From: Guyparkeria sp.
GTDB lineage: Bacteria; Pseudomonadota; Gammaproteobacteria; Halothiobacillales; Halothiobacillaceae
Direction: 5' to 3'
Assembly: GCF_046540515.1 (NCBI RefSeq)
Contig: NZ_JBKHFB010000001.1
Location: 2,591 to 66,590 of the forward strand
DNA: 64,000 bases
The position numbers and the translations under genes are program-made. Positions 18,298 to 28,722 of the stretch are shown here, piece after piece (within the stretch, counting starts at the first letter, position 1; each line of letters begins with the position of its first letter). The notes below the pieces were generated by a model that did not search any database, had not been told where the DNA came from, and worked only from the letters and a program-made list of their open reading frames with translations.

Positions 18298-19164
18298 TCA
18301 GACCGGCAGGTCGATCCAGCCCATCAGGATGGCCGCGGCCAGGAACCAGACGTAGAACGAGAAGATCTTGAGCTGGGCGCGGTAGAGGAAGTAGACCACC
18401 AGCTTCAGCGAGACGATCCCGACGATCGCCGCGACGACGAAGCCGACGGCCAGGTCCATCAGGGTCAGACCGTTGAGGCCGAACTCGCCCCAGACCTCCA
18501 GGCTCTGGACCAGGGTGGCCGCGAGGATGGTCGGTATGGCGAGGAAGAAGCTGTATTCGGCGGCCCAGCGGCGCTTGAGGCCGGTGAACAGGGCGAAGAC
18601 GATGGTCATCGCGCTGCGCGACAGGCCCGGGACCAGCGCGAAGCCCTGGGCCACGCCGATGACGGTCGCCACCTTGGCGTTGATGCCCTTCAGGCCGCGG
18701 CGGCGCGGTTTGAGCTTGTCGGTCCACCACAGCAGGATGCCGGTCAGGGTGAGGGTGAAGGCGATCATCACCGGCGTGGCGAACACGTGTTCGAAGGTGG
18801 CCTTGAGCCCGAAGCCGATCGCGGCAGTGGCCAGCACCGACAGCATCCCCAGCAGGAACAGGCGCACATACAGCGGCATGCCTTCGTGCCGACCCTCGGC
18901 CGAGGCCCAGTGCAGGGCCCCGGTCGCCGCGTTGCGCGAGAAGCGCCACAGGCTGGACCAGAACACCACCACGATCGAGACCAGGGTGCCGACATGCACC
19001 ACCAGGTCGAACAGGATCATCTCGGCGCTGTCCGGCGGCGGCAGGTCATGGCCCTTCTCGATCAGCCAGTGCTGGGTGAGCACGAGATGGGCGGTCGAGC
19101 TGACGGGCAGGAACATGAAGATGCCCTGAATGACGCCGAGCAGGGCGGCGATGAGCAGTGTCAC
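18298..19164 (-). CDS. uppP: Undecaprenyl-diphosphate phosphatase (BacA)
   Basis: FLPVSSTAHL, HVGT, PGLSRS, AAEYSFFLAIP. Confidence 0.92.
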   Translation of the reverse strand: MTLLIAALLGVIQGIFMFLPVSSTAHLVLTQHWLIEKGHDLPPPDSAEMILFDLVVHVGTLVSIVVVFWSSLWRFSRNAATGALHWASAEGRHEGMPLYVRLFLLGMLSVLATAAIGFGLKATFEHVFATPVMIAFTLTLTGILLWWTDKLKPRRRGLKGINAKVATVIGVAQGFALVPGLSRSAMTIVFALFTGLKRRWAAEYSFFLAIPTILAATLVQSLEVWGEFGLNGLTLMDLAVGFVVAAIVGIVSLKLVVYFLYRAQLKIFSFYVWFLAAAILMGWIDLPV

Positions 19165-19257
19165 GGTGACATCCTCGGGATGGGGAAAGCGCTGTTTCTA
19201 CTGCAAGGCGCCATGGGCGTCAAATGCCGTCGGCCCGACAGCCGGCCACGACCCGGG

Positions 19258-19851
19258 TCAGTGGCTCAGGGGGTCGATGCCCGCTTCGCGCAGCAGCCGC
19301 GCGGTGGCGATCAGCGGCATGCCGAGGATGGCGCTCGGGTCGCGGTTGTCCATGTGCTCGACCAGGCAGGCGCCCAGTCCCTCCGAACGCATGCTGCCGG
19401 CACAGTCGAAGGGTTGCTCGATCTCGACGTAGCGTGCGATTTCTTCCTCGGAAAGCGGGCGCATGCGCACCTCGACGGTTTCGTGCCAGTCGAGAAACCG
19501 CCCGTCGGGGCAGGCCACGCTGACCGCGACGTGGAAGACGATGCTCTCGCCGGCGATCTCGGCCAGCTGGCGTCTGGCCGTTGCGCCATCGCCGGGCTTG
19601 CCCAGGATGCCGCCCCCCCAAGCCAGGAGCTGATCGGAGCCCAGCACCACCGCCGATGGGTGGCGCTCGGCGACCCGGCCTGCCTTGGCATGCGCCAGGC
19701 GACGACAGGCGTCCGCCGCCGGTTCGCCGGTGCCGATCGTCTCGTCGATGTCGGCGGGATCGACGATGTAGGGGGTCCGGAGCCGATCGAGCAGCTGGCG
19801 GCGGGTAGCCGAGCCGGAGGCGAGGACGAGGCTGGGTTTGCGGTGCGGCAT
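19258..19851 (-). CDS. Maf family nucleoside triphosphate pyrophosphatase (YceF-like)
   Basis: LVLASGS..RRQLL, DIDE, GSDQ, LGKP, EQPFDCAGS..SEGLG, ILGMPL; divergent from yceD. Confidence 0.9.
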   Translation of the reverse strand: MPHRKPSLVLASGSATRRQLLDRLRTPYIVDPADIDETIGTGEPAADACRRLAHAKAGRVAERHPSAVVLGSDQLLAWGGGILGKPGDGATARRQLAEIAGESIVFHVAVSVACPDGRFLDWHETVEVRMRPLSEEEIARYVEIEQPFDCAGSMRSEGLGACLVEHMDNRDPSAILGMPLIATARLLREAGIDPLSH

Positions 19852-19958
19852 AGTGTTTGGCGAAAGCGTGAGAAGCCGGTAAACTTAGCGGATTAAGATT
19901 CCCGCTGGCAAGCTTTGGTGGCGCCGTGTTGCGTCTCGCCGGGCGCAGGATGGTGCCG

Positions 19959-20525
19959 ATGTCGACCGACGACAGCCAGACCCAGGTCAAGCAGCTGAGC
20001 GTGCCGCTGGACGTGCGCGCCGCCTGTCGGGCGGGCGAGGAGTGGGGCGGCGAGGTGCCGGTCGCCGCGCTGCCGCGTTGTCGCGACATGGCGCCGGAGG
20101 CCGGCCGACTCGCCTATCGGCTTCGATTCTTCGAGGGGCAGGGGGTGCATCCGCTGGCCGCCGAGTTGTCGATCGAGGCATCGCTCGCGCTCGATTGCGC
20201 TCGCTGCCGCGAGACGGTAGTGCAGTCGGTCTCCTCTCGCTCCCGGCTGAGTTTCGTGTTCAGCGAGGAGCAGGCCGAGCATGTCGAGACGGACGCCGAG
20301 GCGGTGATCCTCGGGCGCGAGGGGCGGATCAAGCTGCTCGAGCTGATCGAGGACGAGCTGCTGATGGCGGTGCCCCTGATGCCGGTGCACGATCGTCCCT
20401 GCGGGGTGATTTCGTCCGATCGGCCCTACGAGTCCGGAAAGATCGCCGAGCCCGTCGACGAGGGCGAGGACAATCCCTTCGCCGCGCTGGCTGCGCTGAA
20501 GAAGGGATCCGGCGGGAAAGACTGA
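19959..20525 (+). CDS. yceD: YceD (DUF177) 23S rRNA accumulation protein
   Basis: CARC, LIEDELLMAVP, NPFAALAALK; located before rpmF. Start codon uncertain (19926/19950/19959). Confidence 0.88.
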   Translation: MSTDDSQTQVKQLSVPLDVRAACRAGEEWGGEVPVAALPRCRDMAPEAGRLAYRLRFFEGQGVHPLAAELSIEASLALDCARCRETVVQSVSSRSRLSFVFSEEQAEHVETDAEAVILGREGRIKLLELIEDELLMAVPLMPVHDRPCGVISSDRPYESGKIAEPVDEGEDNPFAALAALKKGSGGKD

Positions 20526-20615
20526 ATTCGTGTCATGGCGGCAGTGCCGCCGGGACGGAATGAAAGCAAGCAGGCGCGCCCAGGCGCGTCTTGATCATTT
20601 TGGAGGTAGAAAACC

Positions 20616-20801
20616 ATGGCCGTACAGCAGAACAAGGTCAGCCGCGCGAAGCGCGACTCTCGCCGCGCCCACGACAGCCTGAAGAACGCGCAGCTGTCCA
20701 TCGACCCGACCAGCGGCGAGACCCATCGCCGTCACCACGTCACCCCGGACGGTTTCTACCGTGGCCGCCGCGTGGTTACCAAGTCGGGCGACAACGCCTG
20801 A
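20616..20801 (+). CDS. rpmF: 50S ribosomal protein L32
   Basis: [20 protein letters not shown]...[18 protein letters not shown]; strong GGAGG RBS. Confidence 0.97.
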   Translation: MAVQQNKVSRAKRDSRRAHDSLKNAQLSIDPTSGETHRRHHVTPDGFYRGRRVVTKSGDNA

Positions 20802-20922
20802 TTTCCTTCGCCGAAGGTCCGCGTGGCGCCCGCCTGTCGGGCGGCACGGCCTGTCCGCGCCGCCTTGCCGGGGACTTGGGCAGTGCCGTCGTGTGGGGGC
20901 TTCCCGCGGGTAAGGGGCATCG

Positions 20923-21945
20923 ATGACCAGCCAGATCGCAATTGACGTGATGGGCGGTGATCACGGACCGGAGGTCACGGTTCGTGCCGCCGCCCGTTTC
21001 CTGTCGCGCCATCCGTCGGCCGGGCTGCTGCTGGTCGGCGACCAGGCCTCCATCGAGCGGCACCTGGCCGATCAGGTCGGGATCGAGCGGGATCGGATCG
21101 AGATCGTCCATGCCGACCAGGTGGTGGCGATGGACGAATCGCCGGCGATCGCGTTGCGGACCAAGAAATCCTCCTCGATGCGACTGGCGATCGACCTGGT
21201 CAAGGATGGTCGCGCCCAGGCGGCGGTCAGTGCCGGCAATACCGGTGCCCTGATGGCGACCGCCAAGTTCGTCTTGAAGACCCTGCCGGGTATCGAGCGC
21301 CCGGCGATCTGCACTGCGCTGCCGAACGAGTCCGGCCACACCCACGTGCTCGACCTGGGGGCGAACGTCGACTGCGACGCCGAGCACCTGTTCCAGTTCG
21401 CAGTGATGGGTTCGGTACTGGTCGAGGCCTTCGACGACAACCCCTCGCCACGTGTCGGCCTGCTCAACGTCGGCGCCGAGGCGATCAAGGGCAATGACAC
21501 CGTCAAGGGTGCAGCAGAGCGGCTCGAGGCCGGGCCGGTCAACTACATCGGCTTCGTCGAGGGCGATGACATCTACAAGGGCGGCGTGGACGTGGTGGTC
21601 TGCGACGGCTTTGTCGGCAACGTCGCGCTCAAGAGCAGCGAGGGCGTGGCCAAGATGATCAGTCATTTCCTGCGCCAGGAATTCAAGCGGGGCCTGTTCT
21701 CGCGGCTCGCCGCGCTGATGGCGATGCCGGTGCTGGCGCGACTGAAGAAGCGGGTCGACCCGGGCCGCTACAACGGTGCGAGCCTGCTGGGCCTGCAGGG
21801 CATCGTGATCAAGAGTCACGGCGGGGCGAATGTGGACGCCTTCGCCAACGCGCTGGATGTCGCGCTGCGCGAGATCGAGAAGGATGTGCCGCGGCGCATC
21901 GACCAGCGTCTGGAGACCCTGCTACAGGAGCGCGGCCAGGCATGA
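20923..21945 (+). CDS. plsX: Phosphate acyltransferase
   Basis: [43 protein letters not shown]. Confidence 0.97.
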   Translation: MTSQIAIDVMGGDHGPEVTVRAAARFLSRHPSAGLLLVGDQASIERHLADQVGIERDRIEIVHADQVVAMDESPAIALRTKKSSSMRLAIDLVKDGRAQAAVSAGNTGALMATAKFVLKTLPGIERPAICTALPNESGHTHVLDLGANVDCDAEHLFQFAVMGSVLVEAFDDNPSPRVGLLNVGAEAIKGNDTVKGAAERLEAGPVNYIGFVEGDDIYKGGVDVVVCDGFVGNVALKSSEGVAKMISHFLRQEFKRGLFSRLAALMAMPVLARLKKRVDPGRYNGASLLGLQGIVIKSHGGANVDAFANALDVALREIEKDVPRRIDQRLETLLQERGQA

Positions 21946-22916
21946 CGTACGCGCGCATCACCGGCACCGGCAGCTACCTGCCGGAACGCATCATGACCAA
22001 TCACGATCTCGAGCAGATCGTGGATACCTCCGACAGCTGGATTCGCGAGCGTACCGGCATCGAGCAACGCCACATCGCCGCCGAGGGCCAGCTCACCTCC
22101 GACCTGGCCGAACCGGCGGCGCGCCGCGCCCTGGAAGCCGCCGGCCGCGTGCCCGAGGAGGTCGACCTGATCATCGTCGCGACCACCACGCCCGATCGCA
22201 CCTTTCCCTCGACCGCCTGCCTGCTGCAGCAGAAGCTCGGCATCCACGGCTCGCCGGCCTTCGACGTGCAGGCGGTCTGCACCGGTTTCGTCTACGCGCT
22301 GTCGGTGGCCGACAAGTTCATCAAGACGGGTTCGGCCCGCTGCGCCCTGGTCGTCGGTGCCGAGACCCTCTCGCGGATCGTCAACTGGTCCGATCGCAAT
22401 ACCTGCGTGCTGTTTGCCGACGGGGCCGGGGCGGTGGTGCTGGAGGCCTCGGACGAGCCCGGCATCATCCGCACCGACATCCACGCCGACGGCAGTTACG
22501 AGTCGCTGCTGACCACCGCCAAGCCCGATCCGGCGACCACCGACCCTGAACGGCTGGCCGACGGCACCGCCTTCATCGAGATGCGGGGCAACGAGGTGTT
22601 CCGCATGGCGGTCAACACCCTGGGGCGTATCGCTGACCAGACGGTCGAGGCCGCCGGCATGAAGCCGAGCGACATCGACTGGCTGGTCCCGCACCAGGCG
22701 AACGTTCGCATCATCCAGGCCACGGCGCGCAAGCTGGGCATGTCGATGGACCGTGTGGTGGTGACCGTCGACCGGCACGGCAACACCTCGGCGGCCTCGG
22801 TGCCGCTGGCGCTGGACGTGGCGGTGCGTGACGGGCGCATCAAGCGTGGCGATGTCATCCTCACCGAGGCCTTCGGTGGCGGGTTCACCTGGGGGTCCGC
22901 GCTGCTGCGCTACTGA
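21942..22916 (+). CDS. fabH: 3-oxoacyl-ACP synthase III
   Basis: Catalytic triad motifs AVCTGF (Cys), PHQAN (His), GNTSAAS (Asn); FGGGFTWG. Confidence 0.97.
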   Translation: MTYARITGTGSYLPERIMTNHDLEQIVDTSDSWIRERTGIEQRHIAAEGQLTSDLAEPAARRALEAAGRVPEEVDLIIVATTTPDRTFPSTACLLQQKLGIHGSPAFDVQAVCTGFVYALSVADKFIKTGSARCALVVGAETLSRIVNWSDRNTCVLFADGAGAVVLEASDEPGIIRTDIHADGSYESLLTTAKPDPATTDPERLADGTAFIEMRGNEVFRMAVNTLGRIADQTVEAAGMKPSDIDWLVPHQANVRIIQATARKLGMSMDRVVVTVDRHGNTSAASVPLALDVAVRDGRIKRGDVILTEAFGGGFTWGSALLRY

Positions 22917-22955
22917 ACGCCCCACCGAGTTTCAATCCACTACCCGGAGACGTGC

Positions 22956-23423
22956 ATGGCCAAGGAAATCGAACGCAAGTTCCTGTTGGCCAGTGATGCC
23001 TGGCGCCACCAGATCGAGCGCTCCGAGCGCATGGTTCAGGGGTATCTGAACGACCAGGGGCCGGTGTCGGTGCGAGCGCGCATCGCCGGCTCGCGGGCAT
23101 GGCTGAACATCAAGAGCCGCACGCTCGGTATCTCCCGCGACGAGTTCGAGTACGAAATCCCGTTGACCGACGCCGAGCGGATGCTCGACCACCTGACCAC
23201 CGGACCGGTGATCGACAAGACCCGGCATTTCGTCACCTACGGCGAGCACCTGTGGGAGATCGACGAGTTTCACGGCGAGAACGACGGCCTGGTCGTCGCC
23301 GAGGTGGAGCTCGAGTCCGTGGACCAGCCGTTCCACCGACCGGACTGGTTGGGCGACGAGGTGTCGGATGATGCCAGGTACTACAACGTCTCGCTGGTTA
23401 AAAATCCTTACAGTCAGTGGTAA
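22956..23423 (+). CDS. CYTH domain protein (triphosphate tunnel metalloenzyme)
   Basis: EIERKFL, QGYL, EFEYEIP, WEIDEF.G.N.GL.VAEVEL, RYYN. Confidence 0.92.
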   Translation: MAKEIERKFLLASDAWRHQIERSERMVQGYLNDQGPVSVRARIAGSRAWLNIKSRTLGISRDEFEYEIPLTDAERMLDHLTTGPVIDKTRHFVTYGEHLWEIDEFHGENDGLVVAEVELESVDQPFHRPDWLGDEVSDDARYYNVSLVKNPYSQW

Positions 23424-23574
23424 ATTGCCGGCTGGATGCGCGCTGGTGGCTTGGGACGAGTTTTTCGGGGCCGGGCGGAAGCAGGGTCAAGGCTGACGGG
23501 CCTGCTGTCTGCAGGGCAGTGGACACGGTGAGTAGCCGACGCAGGCTTGTTCGCACCAAGACGAAGGGTTGCCG

Positions 23575-24213
23575 ATGATTCGGGTCATGATTGTTGATGA
23601 TCACACGATGGTCCGCGCCGCGATCAGTCACCTGGTCGGCGGCGTGTCGGACATCGAAGTGGTCGCCGAGGCCGACAGTGGCGAGCGGGCCCTCGAGAAG
23701 GTGCGCACCGGGGGCATTGACGCGATTCTCTGCGACATCCACATGCCGGGCATGGGCGGCTACGAGTGCCTCAAGCGCGCTCACCAGGTCCACCCGAGTC
23801 TCGGGCTGGTCGCCCTGACGGCCGAGGCCGACGTCAGCCTGGCGCGTCAGGTGCTCGACTGCGGCGTGCACGCCTACGTCACCAAGGATGCCGACCCGGA
23901 CGAGTTGATCAGCGCCATCCGCAAGGCCGCCGAGGGCAAGCGTTACGTCTCCAGTCGCATCGCCCAGGAGATCGCCCTGCAGAACGGCCGATCCGAGGAC
24001 GATCCCTTCGAGGTGCTGTCCGGCCGCGAGCAGCAGGTGCTGCGCATGATCCTCGACGGCAAGAACAATACCCTGATCGCCGAGGCGCTCTGCGTCAGCC
24101 CCAAGACGATCAGCACCTACCGCGCCCGCATCCACGAGAAGCTCGGGGTCAGTACCGACATCGACCTGCTGCGGTTGGCGGTCAAGGCCGGTCGCACGGT
24201 CCTGTCCGCCTGA
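23575..24213 (+). CDS. uvrY: UvrY/GacA-like response regulator (NarL family)
   Basis: REC domain (VDDH, DIHMPGMGG) and LuxR HTH (LSGRE...SPKTISTYRARI.EKL); immediately upstream of uvrC. Confidence 0.85.
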   Translation: MIRVMIVDDHTMVRAAISHLVGGVSDIEVVAEADSGERALEKVRTGGIDAILCDIHMPGMGGYECLKRAHQVHPSLGLVALTAEADVSLARQVLDCGVHAYVTKDADPDELISAIRKAAEGKRYVSSRIAQEIALQNGRSEDDPFEVLSGREQQVLRMILDGKNNTLIAEALCVSPKTISTYRARIHEKLGVSTDIDLLRLAVKAGRTVLSA

Positions 24214-24229
24214 TCTTCCTCCCGTTTTG

Positions 24230-26071
24230 ATGACCGACCGGTTTGATGCCAAGGCCTTTCTGGCCCGCGTGACCGAGCGTCCCGGCGTCTACCGCATGCT
24301 GGATGCCGACGGCGAGATCCTCTACGTCGGCAAGGCACGTAACCTCAAGAATCGACTTTCCAGCTATTTCCGTGGCACGCCCGCGGCGATCAAGACCCGT
24401 CGTCTGGTCGAGCAGGTCGCGGACGTCGAGATCACCACCACCCAGACCGAGGCCGAGGCGCTGCTCCTGGAGAGCAACCTGATCAAGGCCCATCGGCCGC
24501 GCTACAACGTCCTGTTGCGCGACGACAAGAGCTATCCCTGGATCTACGTCTCGACCAACGACCGCTTCCCGCGCCTGGCCTATCACCGCGGCTCGCGCAA
24601 GCGCCCCGGGCGGTATTTCGGACCGTACCCTTCCGCCGGCGCCGTACGCGAGACCCTCAACCTGCTCGAGAAGGTCTTCAAGGTCCGCCAGTGCGAGGAC
24701 AGCGTGTTCAGGAACCGTTCGCGCCCCTGCCTCCAGTACCAGATCGAACGCTGCAAGGCGCCCTGCGTGGACTACGTCGACGAGGCCGAGTATCGCCAGG
24801 ACGTCGAGGACACCATGGCGTTCCTCTCCGGGCGCAGCCAGAAACTGATCGACGATCTGGTCGCGCGCATGGAAAAGGCGGCCGTCGAACTCGATTTCGA
24901 GCAGGCCGCCGCCCTGCGCGACCAGATCGGCATGCTGCGCGCGGTCAGCCAGCAGCAGGGCATTACCGGCATGTCCGGAGACGCCGACGTCGTCGCCCAG
25001 ATCAGCGAGCAGGGCACCACCGCCGTTGGCGTGGCCACCATCCGCGATGGTCGGCACCTGGGTACCCGGCATTTCTTCCCGGACGTGCCGGCCGACGCCG
25101 CCCCGGCGGAGGTGATCAGCGGCTTTCTGGGTCTGTACTACAGCGACCGCGACCTGCCACGGCGCATCCTTTGCGACTACCTGCCGGAGGATGCCGAGTG
25201 GCTGGCCGGGGTGTTCGCCGAGCAGGCCGGCCATCGCGTCGAATTGCTGGTGCCTCGACGTGGCAAGGCGCGGGCCTGGCTGGAGGACACGCGCGAGAAC
25301 GCCCGGATCGCGCTCAACGAGCGGCTGGTCAGCCGCCGGGGTCTCACGCGTCGTTTCGAGGCGCTGGGCGAATGGCTCGCCATGGACCGGATCGAGCGGA
25401 TCGAGTGTTTCGATATCTCCCACACCCAGGGCGAATTGACGGTAGCCTCCTGCGTGGTCTTCGGTCCGGAGGGTCCGCGCAAGGACCAGTACCGCCGTTA
25501 CCACATCGAGGGCATCGCGCCGGGCGACGACTACGCCGCCATGCATCAGGCTCTCACAAGGCGTTTCGATCGGGCCGTGCGCGAGTCCGGCGTGCTGCCG
25601 GACGTGCTGCTGATCGACGGCGGCAAGGGTCAACTCGCCCAGGCGATCGACGTGCTGGCCGAGCGCGAGCTGACCGACCGGGTTCGGGTGATCGGGGTCG
25701 CCAAGGGGCCGGAGCGTCGTCCCGGCGAGGAAACGCTGATCCAGCCGCTGGCCGGTGCGCCGGGGCTGTACACCGAGGACCACCTCGGCCCGCACGACCC
25801 GGCCCTGCACCTGATCCAGCAGGTTCGCGACGAGGCGCACCGTTTCGCGATCACCGGCCATCGTGCCCGCCGGCAGAAGGCCCGCACCCAGTCCGACCTG
25901 GAACGCATTCCCGGGGTGGGCGGCAAGCGCCGCCAGGCATTGCTGAAGCACTTCGGCGGCATCCGTGGGCTCAGGGGGGCGAGCGTCGCCGAGCTGGCAA
26001 AGGTGCCCGGGATCTCGCCCGCGCTCGCCACTCGCATCCACGAGTGGTTCCACGAGGGAGGGACGGCGTGA
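24230..26071 (+). CDS. uvrC: Excinuclease ABC subunit C
   Basis: PGVYRM, YVGKARNLK, PRYNVLLRDDKSYP, ECFDISH, IDGGKGQ, RDEAHRFAI, HhH motifs. Confidence 0.97.
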   Translation: MTDRFDAKAFLARVTERPGVYRMLDADGEILYVGKARNLKNRLSSYFRGTPAAIKTRRLVEQVADVEITTTQTEAEALLLESNLIKAHRPRYNVLLRDDKSYPWIYVSTNDRFPRLAYHRGSRKRPGRYFGPYPSAGAVRETLNLLEKVFKVRQCEDSVFRNRSRPCLQYQIERCKAPCVDYVDEAEYRQDVEDTMAFLSGRSQKLIDDLVARMEKAAVELDFEQAAALRDQIGMLRAVSQQQGITGMSGDADVVAQISEQGTTAVGVATIRDGRHLGTRHFFPDVPADAAPAEVISGFLGLYYSDRDLPRRILCDYLPEDAEWLAGVFAEQAGHRVELLVPRRGKARAWLEDTRENARIALNERLVSRRGLTRRFEALGEWLAMDRIERIECFDISHTQGELTVASCVVFGPEGPRKDQYRRYHIEGIAPGDDYAAMHQALTRRFDRAVRESGVLPDVLLIDGGKGQLAQAIDVLAERELTDRVRVIGVAKGPERRPGEETLIQPLAGAPGLYTEDHLGPHDPALHLIQQVRDEAHRFAITGHRARRQKARTQSDLERIPGVGGKRRQALLKHFGGIRGLRGASVAELAKVPGISPALATRIHEWFHEGGTA

Positions 26072-26173
26072 GCCCGCGGGCACGTCCGTCCACCAGAACG
26101 TGCGCCTGATTCCGGGTTTCCGGCCGTCGGGGAGATCCTTTGCTAGGCTTGCGCCCGGTCATGACCTGATTAT

Positions 26174-26220
26174 GGAAACACTGCACGATTCGATGAACGC
26201 ACGAATCGTGCAGTGTTTCC
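26174..26220. mobile_element. 47-bp MITE-like element: perfect 19-bp inverted repeat flanked by TTAT direct repeats
   Basis: TTAT|GGAAACACTGCACGATTCG-atgaacgca-CGAATCGTGCAGTGTTTCC|TTAT. Confidence 0.65.
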
Positions 26221-26262
26221 TTATCGACCGTCGACCACCGACCCACGCCGGAGACACCTTCC

Positions 26263-28632
26263 ATGCCCGCACCTCCCGCCGAACCCGCTCGCTGTCGTGC
26301 TTTTTGCGTGCCGGCCTGGCGCGCCCTCCTGGTCTCGCTCCTGCTTCTCTTCACGGTGCCCGGTCTTGCCCAGCAGGATGGCGCGTCGTCGGGGGGCGGC
26401 TCGAGCGCGGAGTCCGGTCAGTCCTCCGGGGCCGACGGCCCCTACGCGGGCCTGCTCGAGCTGCTCAAGGACCCGGCCAAGCGGGACGAGCTGATCGCCG
26501 AGCTCGAGCGGCTCTCATCAGGCGACCGGCAGGACGGGGCGGCCGGGAACGAATCCGCTCAGGACGCGGACGCCTCAGGGATCTCCGACGGCATCGCCTC
26601 CGGCCTGGTGGGCGTGGTCTCGGGTACCATGCAGGACATGGCAGGAGCGGCGTCGCGTCTCGCCGCCGGCGGGGTCGACATCGACTGGGTCGCGGTCGGC
26701 CAGTTGGCCTGGCGAGTGGTGGCCGCGCTGCTGATCGCCTACCTGGTGCTGGCGATCGGCCGGTGGCTTCTGGGTGGTGCCTGGCGACGCCTGGACGCCT
26801 TCGCGCAGTCGGCCACCTCGCGGCACCGCTTGTTCCGTACCGGCGCGGCGGCGCTGGCCAGCTTCGCTCTGGGCCTGGCGCTGCTGGCGCTGGCCTACAT
26901 CGCCGCCCAGGCCAGCGTGTGGTGGCTGGCCGACGGGAACAAGACGGCCGGTGCCGTGCTGGGGCTCGCGCTGCAGGCATTCATCCTGGTCGAGGTAACC
27001 CGGCTGTTGGTCGGGACGGCGTTCGCGCCGGCCACGCCCGCCCTGCGCCTGTTTCGCCTGTCTAGGGAGGATTCCCGCTTCTGGGCCGGTTGGCTGTCGC
27101 GTGTGATCTGGCTCACGGGCTATGCCGGCATCTTCCTGGTGCCGGTGATCGAGCTGGCCGACCGTGATGATCTCGCCAGTGCGGTGGGATGGGGCGTGGC
27201 CGTGCTGGCGCTCGCCTACACATGGAGCCGTCTGTGGAAGGCCCGCGGCATGGTGAGTGATGCGCTCCTGGTGCGCGCCGACCGCAGCCGGCTGGCGGTA
27301 TCGTCCTGGGCCTTGCGCCTGCTGGCGGTGAGCTGGCATTGGCTGGCAATGATCTATGCGACCGGCGTGTTCGTGGTGGCGGTCACCCGGCCGAGCGACT
27401 CGCTGCCGTTCGTGGCCCTCGCGACCGTCAAAACCGTGATCATCGTCGGCGCGGCCATCTTCGTCGCCGCCATGCTGACCCAGTGGATCGGTCGCGGGGT
27501 GCGCGTGCCCGAGCGGCTGCTTCATCGCATGCCGACCCTGCAGCTGCGTCTGAACACCTACGTACCGCTGATCCTGCGGATCCTTCGGGTCGTCATCGGC
27601 ATCGTGGCGTTTTTCGGTGTGTTGACGGTCTGGAATCTGGCCGACATGTTCGCCTGGATGGGCAGCGACAGCGGCCGCTGGATGCTCGCGGCGGTGATCG
27701 ACATCTCCATCGTGCTGATCATCGCCTTGATCGTCTGGCTGGTGGCGACCGGATTGATCGAGGCGAAGCTCAACAGCGATGCCGGTATCCCCTCGGCGCG
27801 GCTACAGACGTTGCTGTCGCTGTTCCGCAACGCGATCGCCATTGCCCTGGTCACCATCACGGCGATGATCATTCTCTCGGAGCTGGGCGTGAACATCGGC
27901 CCGCTGCTGGCCGGCGCCGGCGTGCTGGGCCTGGCGATCGGGTTCGGCGCGCAGAAGATGGTCCAGGACGTGATCACCGGGGTGTTCATCCAGATCGAGA
28001 ACGCTATCAACACCGGTGACGTGATCACCGTCGCCGGCGTGACCGGGACGGCCGAGCGGCTGTCGATCCGCTCGGTCTCGATCCGGGATCTGTCGGGGAC
28101 CGTGCATGTCGTCCCGTTCTCGTCGGTGGATATCGTCTCGAACTACATGCGCGAGTACGCCTTCCACAAGGGAGAGTACGGCATCGCCTATCGCGAGAAT
28201 GTCGACGATGCGATCGCACAACTCAAGGCAGCGTTCGACGAACTGGCCGCCGATCCCGACTGGAAGGATTGCATCCTCGAGCCGGTCGATATCCCCGGTG
28301 TGGTCGCGCTGGCGGACAACTCGGTGAATATCCGCGTGATGATCAAGACCACACCGGGCAAGCAATGGGCGGTCGGTCGGGCCTACAACCGCCTGGTGAA
28401 GATTTACTTCGACAAGGCCGGTATCGAGATTCCGTTCCCGCACACCACGTTGTATTTCGGCGTGGACAAGGACGGCGAGGCGCCGCCGGCCAACCTGCGT
28501 CTGCTGAAAGGCGAGGAGGCGGTCGAGGATTTCGAGACCGAATCCGTTCGCAACAAGCGGCGCGGCAGGAAGCCCGATCGATCGAGCGGCAACGTGCCGG
28601 ACAAGGACGACGTCGACCTGCCGGAAGACTGA
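26263..28632 (+). CDS. Large mechanosensitive channel, MscS family (YbiO-like)
   Basis: Signal peptide, many TM helices, PLLAGAGVLGLAIGFGAQ, GTAERLSIRS, GIEIPFP. Confidence 0.9.
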   Translation: MPAPPAEPARCRAFCVPAWRALLVSLLLLFTVPGLAQQDGASSGGGSSAESGQSSGADGPYAGLLELLKDPAKRDELIAELERLSSGDRQDGAAGNESAQDADASGISDGIASGLVGVVSGTMQDMAGAASRLAAGGVDIDWVAVGQLAWRVVAALLIAYLVLAIGRWLLGGAWRRLDAFAQSATSRHRLFRTGAAALASFALGLALLALAYIAAQASVWWLADGNKTAGAVLGLALQAFILVEVTRLLVGTAFAPATPALRLFRLSREDSRFWAGWLSRVIWLTGYAGIFLVPVIELADRDDLASAVGWGVAVLALAYTWSRLWKARGMVSDALLVRADRSRLAVSSWALRLLAVSWHWLAMIYATGVFVVAVTRPSDSLPFVALATVKTVIIVGAAIFVAAMLTQWIGRGVRVPERLLHRMPTLQLRLNTYVPLILRILRVVIGIVAFFGVLTVWNLADMFAWMGSDSGRWMLAAVIDISIVLIIALIVWLVATGLIEAKLNSDAGIPSARLQTLLSLFRNAIAIALVTITAMIILSELGVNIGPLLAGAGVLGLAIGFGAQKMVQDVITGVFIQIENAINTGDVITVAGVTGTAERLSIRSVSIRDLSGTVHVVPFSSVDIVSNYMREYAFHKGEYGIAYRENVDDAIAQLKAAFDELAADPDWKDCILEPVDIPGVVALADNSVNIRVMIKTTPGKQWAVGRAYNRLVKIYFDKAGIEIPFPHTTLYFGVDKDGEAPPANLRLLKGEEAVEDFETESVRNKRRGRKPDRSSGNVPDKDDVDLPED

Positions 28633-28658
28633 TTCGTCCACTGTTTCGGATGGACACG

Positions 28659-28692
28659 AAAAAGCCCCGCCGTGGTCGCCACGTCGGGGCTT
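28659..28692. terminator. Intrinsic terminator between convergent genes
   Basis: AAGCCCCG-c-CGTGG-tcg-CCACG-t-CGGGGCTT with a flanking A-tract. Confidence 0.75.
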
Positions 28693-28722
28693 CGTTCTGG
28701 AAGGCGCTGAAGAAGCCGGGCG

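Noticed and set aside
23546-23557. CTTGTTCGCACC, similar to part of an IS5 terminal repeat as I recall it
   Set aside because: Single 12-nt partial match without the terminal bases, a partner end or a transposase.
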